Made by a program: the position numbers and the translations under genes
Notes under the pieces: model-generated
What the model was told of the DNA's origin: nothing
Databases searched by the model: none
The model's input: the letters and a program-made list of their open reading frames with translations, nothing else
In this document: piece by piece, positions 22,686 to 35,760 of the stretch
Layout: every line of letters begins with the position of its first letter
Numbering within the stretch: the stretch's first letter is position 1
Origin: Epithemia pelagica
Lineage: Eukaryota; Protista; Bacillariophyta
NCBI GenBank assembly: GCA_946965045.2
Contig: OX337230.1
Coordinates: 4,216,001-4,280,000 of the forward strand
Length of the DNA: 64,000 nt
Direction of reading: 5' to 3'

Positions 22686-23849
22686 GTCTGTAGCAGCAGG
22701 TAGTATAGCATTATGAGAGAACGAACGAAATGGACCAGGAACGAATGCCGAAATGAGAGAGGCCTATACCCAAAATATAATACCAATCGAGTCTTTTTTG
22801 GCACGTACCCGTGGGCGAATTTTTGCGAGAGCCCACAATCACGGCAGCCGCTGCTTTGCAATTCATGCATCCCAGGGTGCATCCCATGGTGCTGTTCTGG
22901 TTTTTGCTATTGTTGTTGTTTCGTTGTTCTATATGGTTGTGTGGAGATACACCTCAACACAGCGAGGAGGAGGAGAAACCTCGAACCCCCAACCAAAAAG
23001 TTCCGATTGTCGAGAAAGCACCACACCAGACAATGAGACAGAGAGAAGGAAAAAGGAAAACGAGAATTCTGATTTGAGGTGTACAAGCGCAAGCACCACC
23101 CACACAACATACATTCATCGGGACCACGTACCACCGTCTGGCGTAGTGTCTTTTGGCGTGTCTTTTGCGGTGGAGTCATGTCTTTGAAATCCCGGTGCGA
23201 CATGGATGCGGCTGTCCATGACTGTCGTAGCTCTTGATCCACGTCAGAACGAATCGCCCCAATGACATTGCATGACTGGAATTCGGAACCTCCAACCAAA
23301 CGATGCGAAGGAAAAGCCGAAGATGCCGAATCTGAAACGCGAACCGAAGGATCCAGTCAGTTCTGCAAAGATACCGACGCACGCCGGGCGTGCGGCTTCT
23401 CCTGTTCTATCCGCGACTGAATGCGACATGCACCCCTTGCAGTGGAATGTCACGGATTCTTCTCGGTGCAAGGCAAACTTTCCCATGGTGTTCCTTCTCA
23501 TTTTGGGTTCAACCGGTGACACGAAACAGGATGGAAAGTGCAACCCATCCATCAACCCAAAAAAGATTGCAGGACTTGACATCACGACGGTCGTCTACTA
23601 GTAAAACATGGCGAACGAGAGGTTCCCAAAAATCAGAATTGTGTGTCTCTTTTTCCAAACGAGCAAGAGACAGAGAGAAAGAGGACGAGAGAAATCTATC
23701 AGAATACCCTTGCTTGACAGGGCCATCACCATCATCATCCGTCCATCAAGAGAATAGAAGAAGAGAAGAGAGCCATCAGAACAAGAGGCATTCGTGGCAC
23801 CGTTCGAACGAGGAGGCAATAGAACAAGATTTTCTCCTACCGAGCGACC

Positions 23850-26375
23850 ATGGTTGCAGCACCTCCACAGCTAGTAGGGGACGAAGAAGGACACTCCTCA
23901 CCCAAGCAGCACTTCTTGGTACTGCCGCCCGACGATTGGTTCAATATTGATTTGAGTGATCATTATGACCATGAACAACCACCAACAACAACAAACCACA
24001 ACAAGGACACCCAAATACGGGCCATGGAGCAACAACAACCACAACAACCACACCGCAATTGGAGTCCCTTGACATCGATTGAAACCGACTATACCTCCGA
24101 TTCCGATCGACAACAGCACCACCAACAACAACAGCAACAACAAGACCGCAAGCATTTAGTATCGCGTCGCATGCACTACTTGACGGCCATTGCCGCCATT
24201 GGAGGATTCTTGTCGGGGTACAATACCGGTGTCTTGTCCGGTGCCTTGTTGCCCCTGACCCGCGTCTTTGACTTGTCGCATGTGCAAACGGAAACCATTG
24301 TCTTTAGTACCATTGTCGCCGCCTTTGTCTCGTCCATGCTGCTGGGTGGACCCTTGACCAAAACCGTGGGACGACGACCCACCTTATTGCTGTCGGCCGC
24401 CGTCTTTTGTGTCGGGGCCCTCGTCCTCACCAGTGCCTGGACCTATGGCTTGCTTGTCGTGGGCGAAGTCATTTTGGGAGTGGGCATTGGATTGGAATCC
24501 CTCACATCGCCCATGTGTACGTGTGAGCGTCGGTGTTGTTGGTTTGGTGTGTTGTGTGTTGCGTGCTCTTCTCACCCTGCTTGTGTGGTGTGTGTGTGTG
24601 TGTGTGTGGGTGTGTTTTGGTTGCTGGTTCTATATATTCTATATTCTTACACAGATATTGCCGAAGTGGCACACCCTCAGGTACGGGGCATGCTCGTTTC
24701 GGCCTATGCCCTCATGATGTGCTTTGGACAATTCTTTGGTACGTTCTTTTTCGCTGGTGAATAAGTGTGTGTGTATGGGTGTGCAGGGTATTAGTGCTTA
24801 TTGGTGGTGTTGGTGCTGGTGGACACACGCTTGTTTGTGGTTGGTTCTGTGTGGTTGTATATAATACCGTCGGCTGCTCATGTTTTCTTTGAAACTGTTA
24901 TTGTGTGCGGCTCTCCTGTTATTGTTGTTGTTGTTGGTTTCTCTCCACCTACGAATGATTCTTCTGTGACTGTTTTATATGCAATGGATACACCCTCACT
25001 ATCCTATAATATACTAGCCGGTATTGTGGATGGCATCTTTGGCTACTTTTCCAATGGATGGCGATTCATGTTTGGAACGGCCGCCGTGCCAGGTCTGGTC
25101 ATGTTGGTTGGCTTTTGGGGCTTGCCGGAATCCCCCGCTTGGCTCATGGCACAATCCCGACACTCCGAGGCCACCACCGTTCTGCAACGCTATCGAGAAT
25201 CCGATCAAGACGCGCACGACGAACTTGAGGCCATCAAAACCTGTCTCGTCGTCTCCTCCTCCTCCTCCAGACAGGGAAAGCAACAACAGCATCAAGACAA
25301 ACAACAACAACAAACAGACCAAGACACGACGGATCCACAAAAGGATCCACAGCCTACCGCGGTGACGGTGCAACAAATGTTGAGTCATGCCCCCTTGCGT
25401 CGTGCCTTGGTGGTCGGTTGTTCCCTCATGGTGCTGCAACAATTTTGCGGTGTCAATGTCGTCATGTATTATTCCGCCACCATTTATCGCATGACCGGCT
25501 TTGAGGAAGTGACGGCCATTTGGTTGGCCGCCGTCACGGCCTTGGCCCAACTCGTTGGATTGGGATTGAGTTTGAGGTTGGTGGAAACGGCCGGTCGACG
25601 ACCCTTGATTTTGTGGTCCTTTGCCGGTGTGGGCGTCTGTTGCCTGGGTTTGGATGCCGGCTTTTATTTGGAACGCATCTTGTCCGAACCCATCAATCCG
25701 CACATTCCCAGTGACCCGGAATGTCTGCATCGTCCAGCCTGGGTGTGGAGTGGTGAAACGCAGTATTGTTATGATTGTACCAATATGGACGGATGTGGCT
25801 TTTGTGGCGGTGCCTGTGTCAAGGGTACAGCCGAGGGATGGGAGGGGGGTGTCACGTGTGCCCACAACACGGACTGGCATTACGACGAATGCACGGTTCC
25901 CGTTTGGGTGAGTCTCTTGCCCATTGTGTTCATGGTCTTGTTTTTAATCGTCTTTGGAGTGGGTGCCGCCGGATTGCCCTGGACCATTAACAGTGAAATT
26001 TATCTCGTCCAATACCGATCCTTGGCCATTGCCATGAGTACGGGAGTGAATTGGTTGTGCAATTTGGCCATTTCCAGCACCTTTTTGACTCTGAGTGATC
26101 CCAGTGTACTGACCCTGTACGGGAGCTTTGGTCTGTATGGCATCCTGTCCTTGCTGGGCGTCGCGTGGTTGTATTGGGTCTTGCCCGAAACCAAGGGCTT
26201 GACCTATGAGCAAATTGAGCAGTGCTTTGTCCGGCCCAACAGTATGGATACACCATTGTATCGACCCATACCTGGCGATGGGAGTCCCAATAAGGACAAC
26301 GACGACGACGACAAAGGCAAGACACTAAACAAGACGAACCATGGAGACCAAATGGAGGCAACCGAAATTGCCTGA
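23850..26375 (+). CDS. MFS sugar porter, H+/myo-inositol (HMIT/SLC2A13-like) transporter, paralog 1; join(23850..24516,24655..24738,25018..26375)
   Basis: Motifs GGFLSGYNTGV, GRRP, YIAEVA..RG.LVS, PESP, QQFCGVN...YYS, Cys-rich exofacial loop (YCYDC..GCGFCGGAC), PWTINSEIY, PETKG. Two in-phase GT-AG introns. Confidence 0.9.
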
Positions 26376-26709
26376 ATGAAAGGTTTCATACAATCCTCGT
26401 CTTGTTGCATGAGAGAGAGAGTATAGATGATGACTTTGTTCGATGAGCTATTTAGCAATATACATAGAGAGAGAAAACAGCCAAGATGAGATTCCAACAA
26501 ACTACAGACTGCACATACATTACTTATATGAGGAAAAGGGTCTCGTCTTCGTGTCTAGACAACTGCGGGGTGTAAAAACGAATAGTGTAGTACAGGGCCC
26601 CTTGTTTTAGATCTTTCATTTTGTATTGTCGTTTTATATTTCAGCTACCTTGCTGCACTCTCTTTTGTTTCTATGTTACTCGTTTGCAGATTGGTCCGTG
26701 TATATAGAG

Positions 26710-29700
26710 CTATTGCGTGGTCTGGATGGCTTCCAATTGGACGGCCTGGGAGGAGAGACAGACCAACTCAAACGGACCTTCTTGTTTGGGAATATAGCGA
26801 CTGACCATGAGCACATAGGTACCGACCGGCACCATCGTCCGATCCGCTACCAAAAAGCCATGACGATACTTGCCACTGTCCAAAACGGCCCGACCAATGG
26901 CTTGATTCAACCCTTGGCCGGCCCTGGCGACGGGCAAGACCACGACATTGACGGCCGTGTTCTTGGCCGTGGCGACACGGAGTTCCAGCATGGTATTGGG
27001 TTCGGCAATGGTCAAGGAATACATGGGGTTTTGAAATTGTTGCTGGGAACCCAAGGGACCGCCACCATTCAAACGAAAGTGACCCTGACGATGGAGGCGA
27101 TGCGGCAGAGTGGGTCGTGGTTTGGACAAGACAAAGGATTCCGTCGAATAAACGGAGAGAGTATATCGCAAATCATTGCTCTTTTGATACTGCGACAAGA
27201 CCAGTGACAAATGCTTATCCTCCGCAGTGGTGGCATCGTATCGAACTAGAACATGAGGATTGTTGGTATAGGCCCCGGTCAAGACGCAATTGCCACTTTT
27301 GCCGGGATACCAAATGGTTTCCTTCTGACCCTGATTTCGATGAATGTGAACCGTCAAAAAATCCGATACTTCGGCACCTTCTTGTTCTTGCTTGGACACG
27401 TGTCGGGAAATGAGGATCCAAATGGATACCTTGCGGTTCGATGTGGCACGACAAATGGCCTCGTCCGATAGGGTCACAATGTACTGCGGATTGTCTCCCA
27501 CATTAAAGGTATCGTCGTAGGGTCCTTGAGTTTTGGGCCACCGACCATGCAAGGTGGTCCGATATCGAAACAAGAAGGGATTCCACGATAGGTGAAAGTT
27601 TTGAAAGTATTGAAGAATATCCTCCCAACAAATCCAAAAGACCCCATCGTCTTGCATCCGTCGTGCTTGTTCGGGATGGTACTCCAATTCAGCACACAGT
27701 GTGGCATCCTTCCAGGCCTCGGTATCCAGGGCTGAGTAGCGGCCTTTCCATCCCTGCAAGGCCCATGGGTTTTTTAGTTGCAACAAGCGAACGCCTCGAC
27801 TGGTTTCCACGACCCGCAATACGGCATAGGCGTGTCCCAAGACCAATCCCAGTCGATCGGCCGCCGCTTGCGAGGCAGCATCGGTCCGTGACAAGTGGGA
27901 GGATACCGTCATGACACAATCCCCAAAGGAACTCGCACTGACAATGCGTTCCCACGCGCGTTCGGGTAACATTTCAAAATCACGGGGTTGCTTGGCCGTT
28001 TCATCCATATTGTTCTCATTCGTACTTGTAGTGTTGTTCATGTTGAGTTGTTTGGAAAAGTGCACTCGTTCGGGAATCCATCCCGTCAAACTAAACAAGT
28101 CGACGCCACTGTTGGAACCGGGAAAATCGTAGCCTCCACAGAGTTTGAGGTAGGCCTTTTCCATGAAGCAGACCCACAATTCCAAGTACTGCGGCGCGGT
28201 TGTGGGTGTGGAATGACTGCACAAGAGATTGCCATATTGATCAATGGGCAAGTAGTCGTCAATGACGACACATCGCGCCACGCCATTGAGCCATAGTTTG
28301 ACCATGTATTTGCCGAGTGGATTGTACACGGGTCGTTGTCGTCCATCTGGTTCTTGTTTTTGTTGTGGATACAAACTGCTGGTAATCAAGGGTTGACCCA
28401 ATCGTCGTTCCAAGGCGGCCGTGACACACAAACTGGCAATAAAGGAACAATCCGTGACATATTCTTGTTGAATGGTATAAGGTGAGAGACCGGTCGTTGG
28501 CTGAATGAGCACGGGCGTTTGTGGTTGTGCGGATCGGTGGTGTCGACGTCGTCCTGTTTGTTGTTGGTGTCGAATTTGTACAATTTCATCGGGTCGGGCC
28601 CATTTCCAAAAGACGGCTTGTTGCTTGACCGACTGGCGCAAGGGTCCCTTGGGATCGGTAAATCGTGCGTGTTGGCGTGGTTGTTGAATGGTCCGTGTGG
28701 CTTGTTGACACAATTCCTCGGCATCGTCATCGGACCAGGGCAAAAACAAGCCCGACACGGTGGTTGAAGATTCGGTTAAAATGTCCACTTCTTCGGCCGT
28801 CAAGGATTGTGGTTGTTGCTGGTGATTGTTTTCGGATGGTTGTCGCAACACTTGTTTGGTGGTTGCTGTTCCACCAGGATGGCCATGGATCTGCCGTTGT
28901 GATTGTGATTGTTGTTGCTTCTTGAGCTTTTCGATTCGATCCAAGATGGATTCGAGACGTCGTTTCATGGTAGCAATGACCTCTTCTTGGGCAGCAGAGT
29001 GGCGGTTTGTGGCTGCAAAGTGTTGTTGTTCTTCTTTGGCACACCGCAAGGCTTGCAAATGCAACTCGGCCGCTTGGATATAGGCGGCTTGAATCTCTGG
29101 CATTCGATCATTCCGTTCCGTAGTAGAGGATTCATCCAAATCCAAGGCATGTTTGAGTTGGGCCGAAGCTTGTTCCGCCAATCGATCCAGTTTGGCACGA
29201 GTTGGAGAAGTAGTACTTGTAATTCCGTGATGGAGAATGGGAGGGTTGATTCGTGCCGTCGGTTGGGTCGGAGTCTTGTGGTTGTTGGTGTTGGTGGTGT
29301 TTTGAGACGCGAGCAACCGTTCCGCCACTTGTTCGTATTTGACAATGTTGTGTTGCATCAAAGAACGTTTCCGTTCTGCTTCTTCTTCTTGGCTGGTGGT
29401 TTGGGTCGACGACGACGACGACGACAAGTGAAACTGGACAAAGCGACGCATCAAATACACGGCTTCGTAATACTAAGAAGAATCAAAACAAGAAGAAGAC
29501 AAGAAGAAGAACAGGCCAAAAAAGCAATGGTATTCCAATGAGTAACAGTACTACTCTATAGAGCGGATGCGGTTGTTTTCATTCTCCCACAATAACAACA
29601 ACAATATAACATCCACACATACCTTGGTGGCTGCTTCGACCGCCTGTTCGGGTTGAGTCGCCAATTGCTGTGCCTCTTGCAGCAATTCAAAAATATTGTC

Positions 29701-29733
29701 TTCCAAGGACGACGAGGATGATGATTGTGTCAT
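26710..29733 (-). CDS. CAPN7: Calpain-7/PalB-like cysteine protease with N-terminal MIT-like domains (~957 aa); join(29623..29733,26710..29472)
   Basis: Catalytic triad QQEYVTDCSFIASL / GHAYAV / LKNPW, plus NPLGKYMVKLWLNGVAR, GYDFPGSNS and WIPER. Two helical MIT-like segments. Phase-0 intron 29473-29622. Confidence 0.9.
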
Positions 29734-30181
29734 GATGCACTGACGGACTGTGTGAAAGTGTTTTTTTCTGGAGATCAACCTGGCCACTGGCGCACCTATA
29801 CAATAGGATGACAAGTCTCCTCGTTGTTTGGTTTCAGTGTCAATCAATCGCTTCGTCTCCTCGACACAAGGCTTAGAGCAGGCGACCGCATCGGTACATC
29901 GTGCAATCACGACTTGAAGGAGATGAGACGACGACGAATGAATGAGCACCAGTCGCGTGGGGTGGATTTGGCGATGGGTCCCCACCAAAAAGTCGTTCCG
30001 AATCTTTCATCGCGTTATAGTCGCTTCTAGGTCTCGCTTCTGTAAAGGTATCTTTGGGGGACAAAAAAATCTTTTGGAGACCGGGTTATTGACAACACTC
30101 AGTTCTGAGTTCCATGGTCTATATTGGTTCTGTTCCACTCTTTGAATCCTACTACTACTCTGTATCCAACTATTATGAAAG

Positions 30182-31956
30182 CCATACTTTGGTCGTCCGA
30201 TTCAAGATGTGTACGATGGCGTTGCGGATGGGTTGATTTTGGGTTCGGGCGTATCGGGTGTGGTCCGATTGGTGACGCACAAGGCCACCTTGGTCAAGTA
30301 TGCCGTCAAAATTTTGGATTTGCGGCAGATTGGATCCACGCTCGGCTTGAAACAATTCCGGAATGAAATTTACATCATGTGTCAACTCGATCATCCCAAT
30401 ATTGTCCGCATTGAAGAAGTCTACGAAAGCAATCATTATATTTATATTGTGCAAGAATTGTGTTTGGGCGGGGACTTGTTTGATCGACTCGATGAACAAC
30501 CCGAGTTTCATTATACCGAACATGAATGTGCCAAACTCGTCAAACAAATGTTGTCGGCCGTTCGGTACTTGCATTCCAAGGGCATTATTCATCGTGATTT
30601 GAAATTGGAAAATTTCTTGTTTTCGACCCCGACCCGGCCAGTGAATTGCGCATGATTGATTTTGGCTTGTCCAAACACTTTGGGTTAGGACAATTGCATC
30701 ACGAAAAGGTGGGCACGCCCTATACCGTGGCACCCGAAGTGATTCGCGGTCAGTACGATGAAAAGGGCGATATTTGGGCCTTGGGCGTCATTACCTACTT
30801 GTTACTGTCGGGGGAAACACCCTTTGGTGGATTGGATGGCGAACATCCCCTCTTGGTCAAGCGCAACATTGAACGGGCCCAACTCCATTTTGCACCCGCC
30901 GAATTGTGGCACGGTGTGAGTCCTCAAGCCATTGCCTTTGTCCAACGACTCTTGAATCCCAATCCACTCTTGCGGCCCACGGCCAAGGAATGTCAACGCC
31001 ATGCCTGGATTCAACTCTGGGGCAAACACAAGGACCGACACACGAACAGCAACAATAATACGACGACGATTCATCCCAAGACCATTTCGGCCCTCATGGC
31101 CTTTAAGGAACAATCGGATATGCAAAACCTCTTGTCCAAAGTCTTGAGTTTTACGCTGCAACCGGAACAATTGGTGGAATTGCGGACCCAGTTTGAAACC
31201 ATGGATACCGAAGGCAAGGGCGAAATTTCGCTCCACGCCATGAAGGGGTTGCTACTCCAATACGCCGAAACGGGCGCCCTCGGACCCCTCTTGACGGAAC
31301 AGGACATTCATTCCATGTTTTCCATGGCGGCGGGCGGCAAACCACGACGACCAGAGGACGGCGGGGGTACCATTGGCTGGCGCGAATTTCTGTCGACCGT
31401 CTTGTCCCAAGCCAAGATTGACGATCGCAATTTGCAATTGGCCTTTGATCGCATGGATATGCCACGCAAGGGATATATCACCCTGCAAGATTTGCGCGAC
31501 ATGTTGGGACATTCCGTCAATGCCGACAATTTGGAAAAGGTGTGGCTCGATAGTTTGACCCAAGTCGAATCCCATCATCTGGGACGGATTGATTTTGACG
31601 ATTTCAAACGACTCATGAAGGGACAGTATCATCCACAACCTCCGAGTGCCACCACGACGGAAACCACTACCGAAACGACCAGTCGATCCCTGCCACACGA
31701 ACAGGAACCACCACAACCACAACAAGGGGAACCACTTTCGGTCAGTTTGCACATTTCCAGTCATTCCCATCACAGTACCAATAGCAACAGTCATCATCAC
31801 GGGCAGATGGAAGGTACGACCATGCTTCTTCCGAAACAACCACGACAAGGAGGACAATCTCCGTATTTGTATGCCAACATGTTGTTGGGAGTGGGTATTT
31901 TTGCGGCCGGCATGGCCATGAACGGCGTGAGTCTCTGGGACTGGGAGGAAGTATGA
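30182..31956 (+). pseudogene. CDPK pseudogene, copy B (exon 2 only, frameshifted)
   Basis: Retains the acceptor (AAG 30181) and PYFGRPIQDVY but has no copy of exon 1 upstream. A -1 frameshift (CCCC at 30627-30630 vs CCCCC in copy A) lies between HRDLKLEN and DFG. Confidence 0.82.
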
Positions 31957-33385
31957 GAAGGAGACGCTGTGCTGCGGGAACAGTCTGCACCACCACTCTA
32001 TATATATTTGTCTTACTTGGACAAGACACGACAGTACCATCTCTGATTAGCCAGGAACGGCGTCAGAGCCTCTGTCACTGGCGCACCGACAGACGTTTCA
32101 TGAAACAGGTCGACATGTATCCGGCCAATGACACTGCAATACGGATGGACGTTGCATCATCCAGGATCCTACACTCTCCATGTGATGTGTCTTTGCCTTT
32201 GATGCTTTTCGGACTGGAACAAAATGCACCAACCGAATGTGTGTCATTCTTGTCTACCACTGGCCTTCTGTCAAATCTGACTGGCAGTTTGGAGTCCATT
32301 TCTAAGGCATTGTGGCCTGTTTCAATGAGTCCCTGGTTGTGTACGTGAGAATTGTCATTAGGCATTGTATTGGACACGAACGTGGTTTCCGTGTTTCCCT
32401 CTTGTGAATTTTGTCCAGATGTATTCGGTGGGAACACGGTACGTGAGAATGCTAGACATGTTATCAGGGTGTGGTGCCTATCTGGTGCCATGCTGTGGAC
32501 TCATAGGCTTTTTTCCCACCATGCTTCTGACTATCGTTTGTCCGTTCGTTGGACATAGTGTGGTTGTGGCTCATGATTTGTCGCGCGCACAAATGGAAAT
32601 AACTAACAACGAACGGTATCATGTCGAGGGTACGTTCCATGGATACAGTGTTCCAGATTGTGGAAGGGTCAATGAGGGCGAAACGTTCCGATGGTGTTGC
32701 TCAAAACAGACCAATGGAGAATGTTTCCGTGTATGCCATTCGTCGCGGGTCCATTGTCGTTTGACATGGGATATTATGCCACACATGCAAGATTCGTTGC
32801 CTTGTGGACCACTCCATAGGAACGCCCCTTCCAAGCGAGAAATCCAGAAAACCTAATTGTTCCACCAACTCTTACGCCGACCCACCTCGCTATAGTGGTG
32901 TAGTAATTCGACTCGATAGAGACAATCACAGTTGAGCGTTCGCCCTGGTCACCATCGATTTGATGATATTGATATTGCTGCTCTGGTTAGTTTCGCTCTA
33001 CTCCCTCCCCACACGAACCATGTCAATGAAATTATGAAGCGGCAGGAAAGCAGTATAGAGCATCGCAGTGGCGTTGATTGCAACGAGGGAAATAACAGCA
33101 ACCACAACACAAGAATCAGAGACGACACGAGAATGATGCGCAGTCGCCATCGATTAGCGTTTGTGCGGACGTTTGAGCGAGTGTGGGATCGCGCGACTGG
33201 AAACACAAAAAAACATGAGTAACTCTCGTGCTTACCGGTTTTCTTGGCTTGATTAAAGTTTGTTCCGAGTTCACTTTTGTTGATTGTGTATGATTTATGA
33301 TTTGTCATACAAACGAAGCTGAACCAAAACTTCCTGGGTTTCGGATCAACTGCTTTTTTACGAGCCTCTCAGAGTTTTGTCAAGG

Positions 33386-34627
33386 ATGGAAGCGACAACG
33401 ACCAGTACTACTACGCTGTTGCGCGGCTGGGCGGACAAAGAACCAGTGGCCAAGGAAGAAGTTGAATCAAAGGAGACGACGTGTTTGTCCAACGACGACA
33501 CGACCCTTGAAAACGACAAAACAAACAACGAAGCGAGTCTCCCATCAGAGAACATCAACTTTGTGTCGTCGAAAGATGGGGATGGTAACAAAAAGCCTTC
33601 TTATTTCAACGGCTTTGTTGCGACTGTTCTGAAATGGGTAAGGCTGCTCCGCCTGACAAACTGGATCACTTGGATCAGCTTTCTGATTTCCATTGAAGTC
33701 GAAAGTCGCAACATTGAGAATCAGATGGGACGAGACTTTGTGTTCTACTACTCTGCCGCCGTCATGGTTCACGAAGTCGGGCACGCCATTGTGATGTTGA
33801 TGCTGGGTGTGGAATTCTACCCCATCATTTTTGTCCCCTTCTTTGGGGCCTTTGTTACACCCAAAACGTTCAGTCAAAACGTTTTTGATGAAGCCATGAT
33901 TGCCGCGGGCGGTCCGATCCTCGGCACACTGGCGGCCGTACTCCTGGCGATGGTTGGTAAAGCAAACAACTCTGTCGTTCTCGTTGCGGCGAGTTATGCG
34001 TCCTTTGTTGGGAACATTTCGAATTTGGGTTCCCGGGGCGATCTGGACGGGGGTCGCATTGTATCAGTCATCTCACCGTGGTTGGCACTCCTCTCGACGG
34101 CGTTGTTTGTGGCAAAACGCGGGAAACATTTGTCCGAGATCGAGTTTACGCGATTATCACTGCAGGTTGAAAAGTTTTATTTTCGGATTATGGGGGACCA
34201 CAAGGCCGGTCATGGGCCATCGAATGGAAAGCTCTATTATAATGTCTCATGGACGTGCAAACTGCTATTGGCAGTGTTTTACATTGGCCTGAATGATGCC
34301 GTGCCACACGTGTCGAATTGCATCGGGGATCCAAACACGGACATGAGTGTTTGCGCTGGTATCTGGTTGCTCTGCTGCTGTGTCTTTTTTGGCTATGTCT
34401 ATCGATTGGGCAAATCTCAATCGATTGACTCGTTAGTATCGTCCATTGAGATTGTTTCGTCAAAGGAGGAGGAGGAGGAGACCAGTGCAGAGGAGGAGGA
34501 GACCAGTGCAGCTACCAACACCGAGACCAATGAACCGTCTGTGGATTCACCGCTGGAGCAGCCCGACGAGGTAGACCGGAATGGCGATACTGTGAATCAT
34601 GGAGAGGATAAGTACAAGGTCGAGTAG
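33386..34627 (+). CDS. Peptidase M50 family intramembrane metalloprotease (413 aa), copy B
   Basis: HEVGH Zn motif, FVPFFGAFV, IAAGGP, and LDGG third ligand. The usual NxxP is degenerate here (NLGSRGDLDGG). Confidence 0.8.
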   Translation: MEATTTSTTTLLRGWADKEPVAKEEVESKETTCLSNDDTTLENDKTNNEASLPSENINFVSSKDGDGNKKPSYFNGFVATVLKWVRLLRLTNWITWISFLISIEVESRNIENQMGRDFVFYYSAAVMVHEVGHAIVMLMLGVEFYPIIFVPFFGAFVTPKTFSQNVFDEAMIAAGGPILGTLAAVLLAMVGKANNSVVLVAASYASFVGNISNLGSRGDLDGGRIVSVISPWLALLSTALFVAKRGKHLSEIEFTRLSLQVEKFYFRIMGDHKAGHGPSNGKLYYNVSWTCKLLLAVFYIGLNDAVPHVSNCIGDPNTDMSVCAGIWLLCCCVFFGYVYRLGKSQSIDSLVSSIEIVSSKEEEEETSAEEEETSAATNTETNEPSVDSPLEQPDEVDRNGDTVNHGEDKYKVE

Positions 34628-34961
34628 CCATTCCTAATTATTATTAAAGGTTGGACCATACGTACACCGCAAGCTATATCCGGACCTTGTCCATTATACC
34701 CCATAGTATACGATACCGGTAAGAAGCGACTCCTCATGCAACAGAAGGCATGCTCATGAAGATGTTGTCATGTTGTCTATCATTTTTACTATACATTACA
34801 GGAATATTTTTTGCTATATGGTACGGTTCCCGTGTTGTTGTTGTAATATGGCATTCGACTCGTATACGACGCATATTATTCCCGTGCTGTTGTTGTTGTT
34901 GTGTGGCATTCGGCATTTGACTCCTCGTCTACTATACGACGAATCCCCATTCGGCATTTTG

Positions 34962-35460
34962 TTAGGACGCATAAAAGGCTTCAATGGAAGTTTTCAAATC
35001 GTACTTGTGATCTTCCAACAAGGCGACACAAATTTCTTCTTGCGCATTGGTGACGGATTTCATTTTGGACAAGACGGCCTTTTTGAGTTCCTCCGCATCA
35101 TACGGATTGTTGTTGCTGCTATGATTCGTACTCGATCGTCGTTGTCCCTCTTGGGCCACGATTCGTTTTTCTAAATCCGCAGCAGCAATCCAAAAGGGTA
35201 AGAAACTAATACCAATCAATCAATCAATCGAGAGTCGAGAACCAAACGTCTTGTTGTGTGTGTGGTCCCCGGTGTGGTGGTGAGGATACCTTACCCAGTT
35301 CAAAATCATAGACGGGTCGCAATCGCAACGTTTCGGCCGCTTGCAGACAATCGGGTGTCAATCGAACCGGTGGCTTGTCCATGCCCCTGGTATTTCCTTG
35401 AAGTACCACCCGACAGGTGACCAAATTGGGATAGGGGAGATCGTCCGAGGCCATCACCAT
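34962..35460 (-). CDS. UMA-like + UBA-like protein, copy B; join(35295..35460,34962..35170)
   Basis: Near-identical to the 16685 gene, with the same phase-1 intron (35171-35294, GTAAGG...TTAG) and an intact frame. Confidence 0.8.
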
Positions 35461-35568
35461 CGTCGTTGCACACAATTCTTTTCCGTCGTCGTTTTGTTGG
35501 CGCTGAATGAGTCCCACGGAGACTCGCGAGTCGTGATTCAGTCGGATCACGAATCACGACTCGATCTG

Positions 35569-35597
35569 GGAGCTGGGGTAATCCTGAGCAGCTCGCT
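35569..35597 (+). repeat. Left TIR of Harbinger-like element
   Basis: ggagctggggtaatcctgagcagctcgct. Confidence 0.9.
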
Positions 35598-35760
35598 GTC
35601 ATTCTAGGCAAAGTCTGACTACAAAGCGGAACACGACCAGAACGCTTAATCGATGTACTATAGCATAAACTATGAACATGGACAAATAGAGAACTAATAG
35701 AAAGATTTAGGCCCACCACCACCCGGTTTTTGCAACCGCCCCAAATCATACTACATTAAT

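Larger units (their letters stand above)
30120..35463. repeat. Arm B of ~5.3-kb inverted segmental duplication
   Basis: Inverted copy of 16682-22010. The inner breakpoint falls inside the CDPK intron and the outer breakpoint at the UMA gene start. Confidence 0.9.

Noticed and set aside
23100-23620. Coding-looking stretch with several TGA-only interruptions (possible recoding or selenoprotein)
   Set aside because: No recognisable domain in any frame, no Sec-type context or SECIS-like hairpin identified; not supportable.
33638-33698. Possible GTAAGG…AAG intron in M50 copy B
   Set aside because: The frame is open through it, 61 nt would shift the frame, and the encoded WISFLISI matches the expected hydrophobic segment before HExxH.
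35527-35563. 13-bp hairpin (cgagtcgtgattc/gaatcacgactcg) beside the transposon insertion site as a target-site structure
   Set aside because: Real but single. The insertion is 3 bp outside it, and one site cannot establish a targeting preference.
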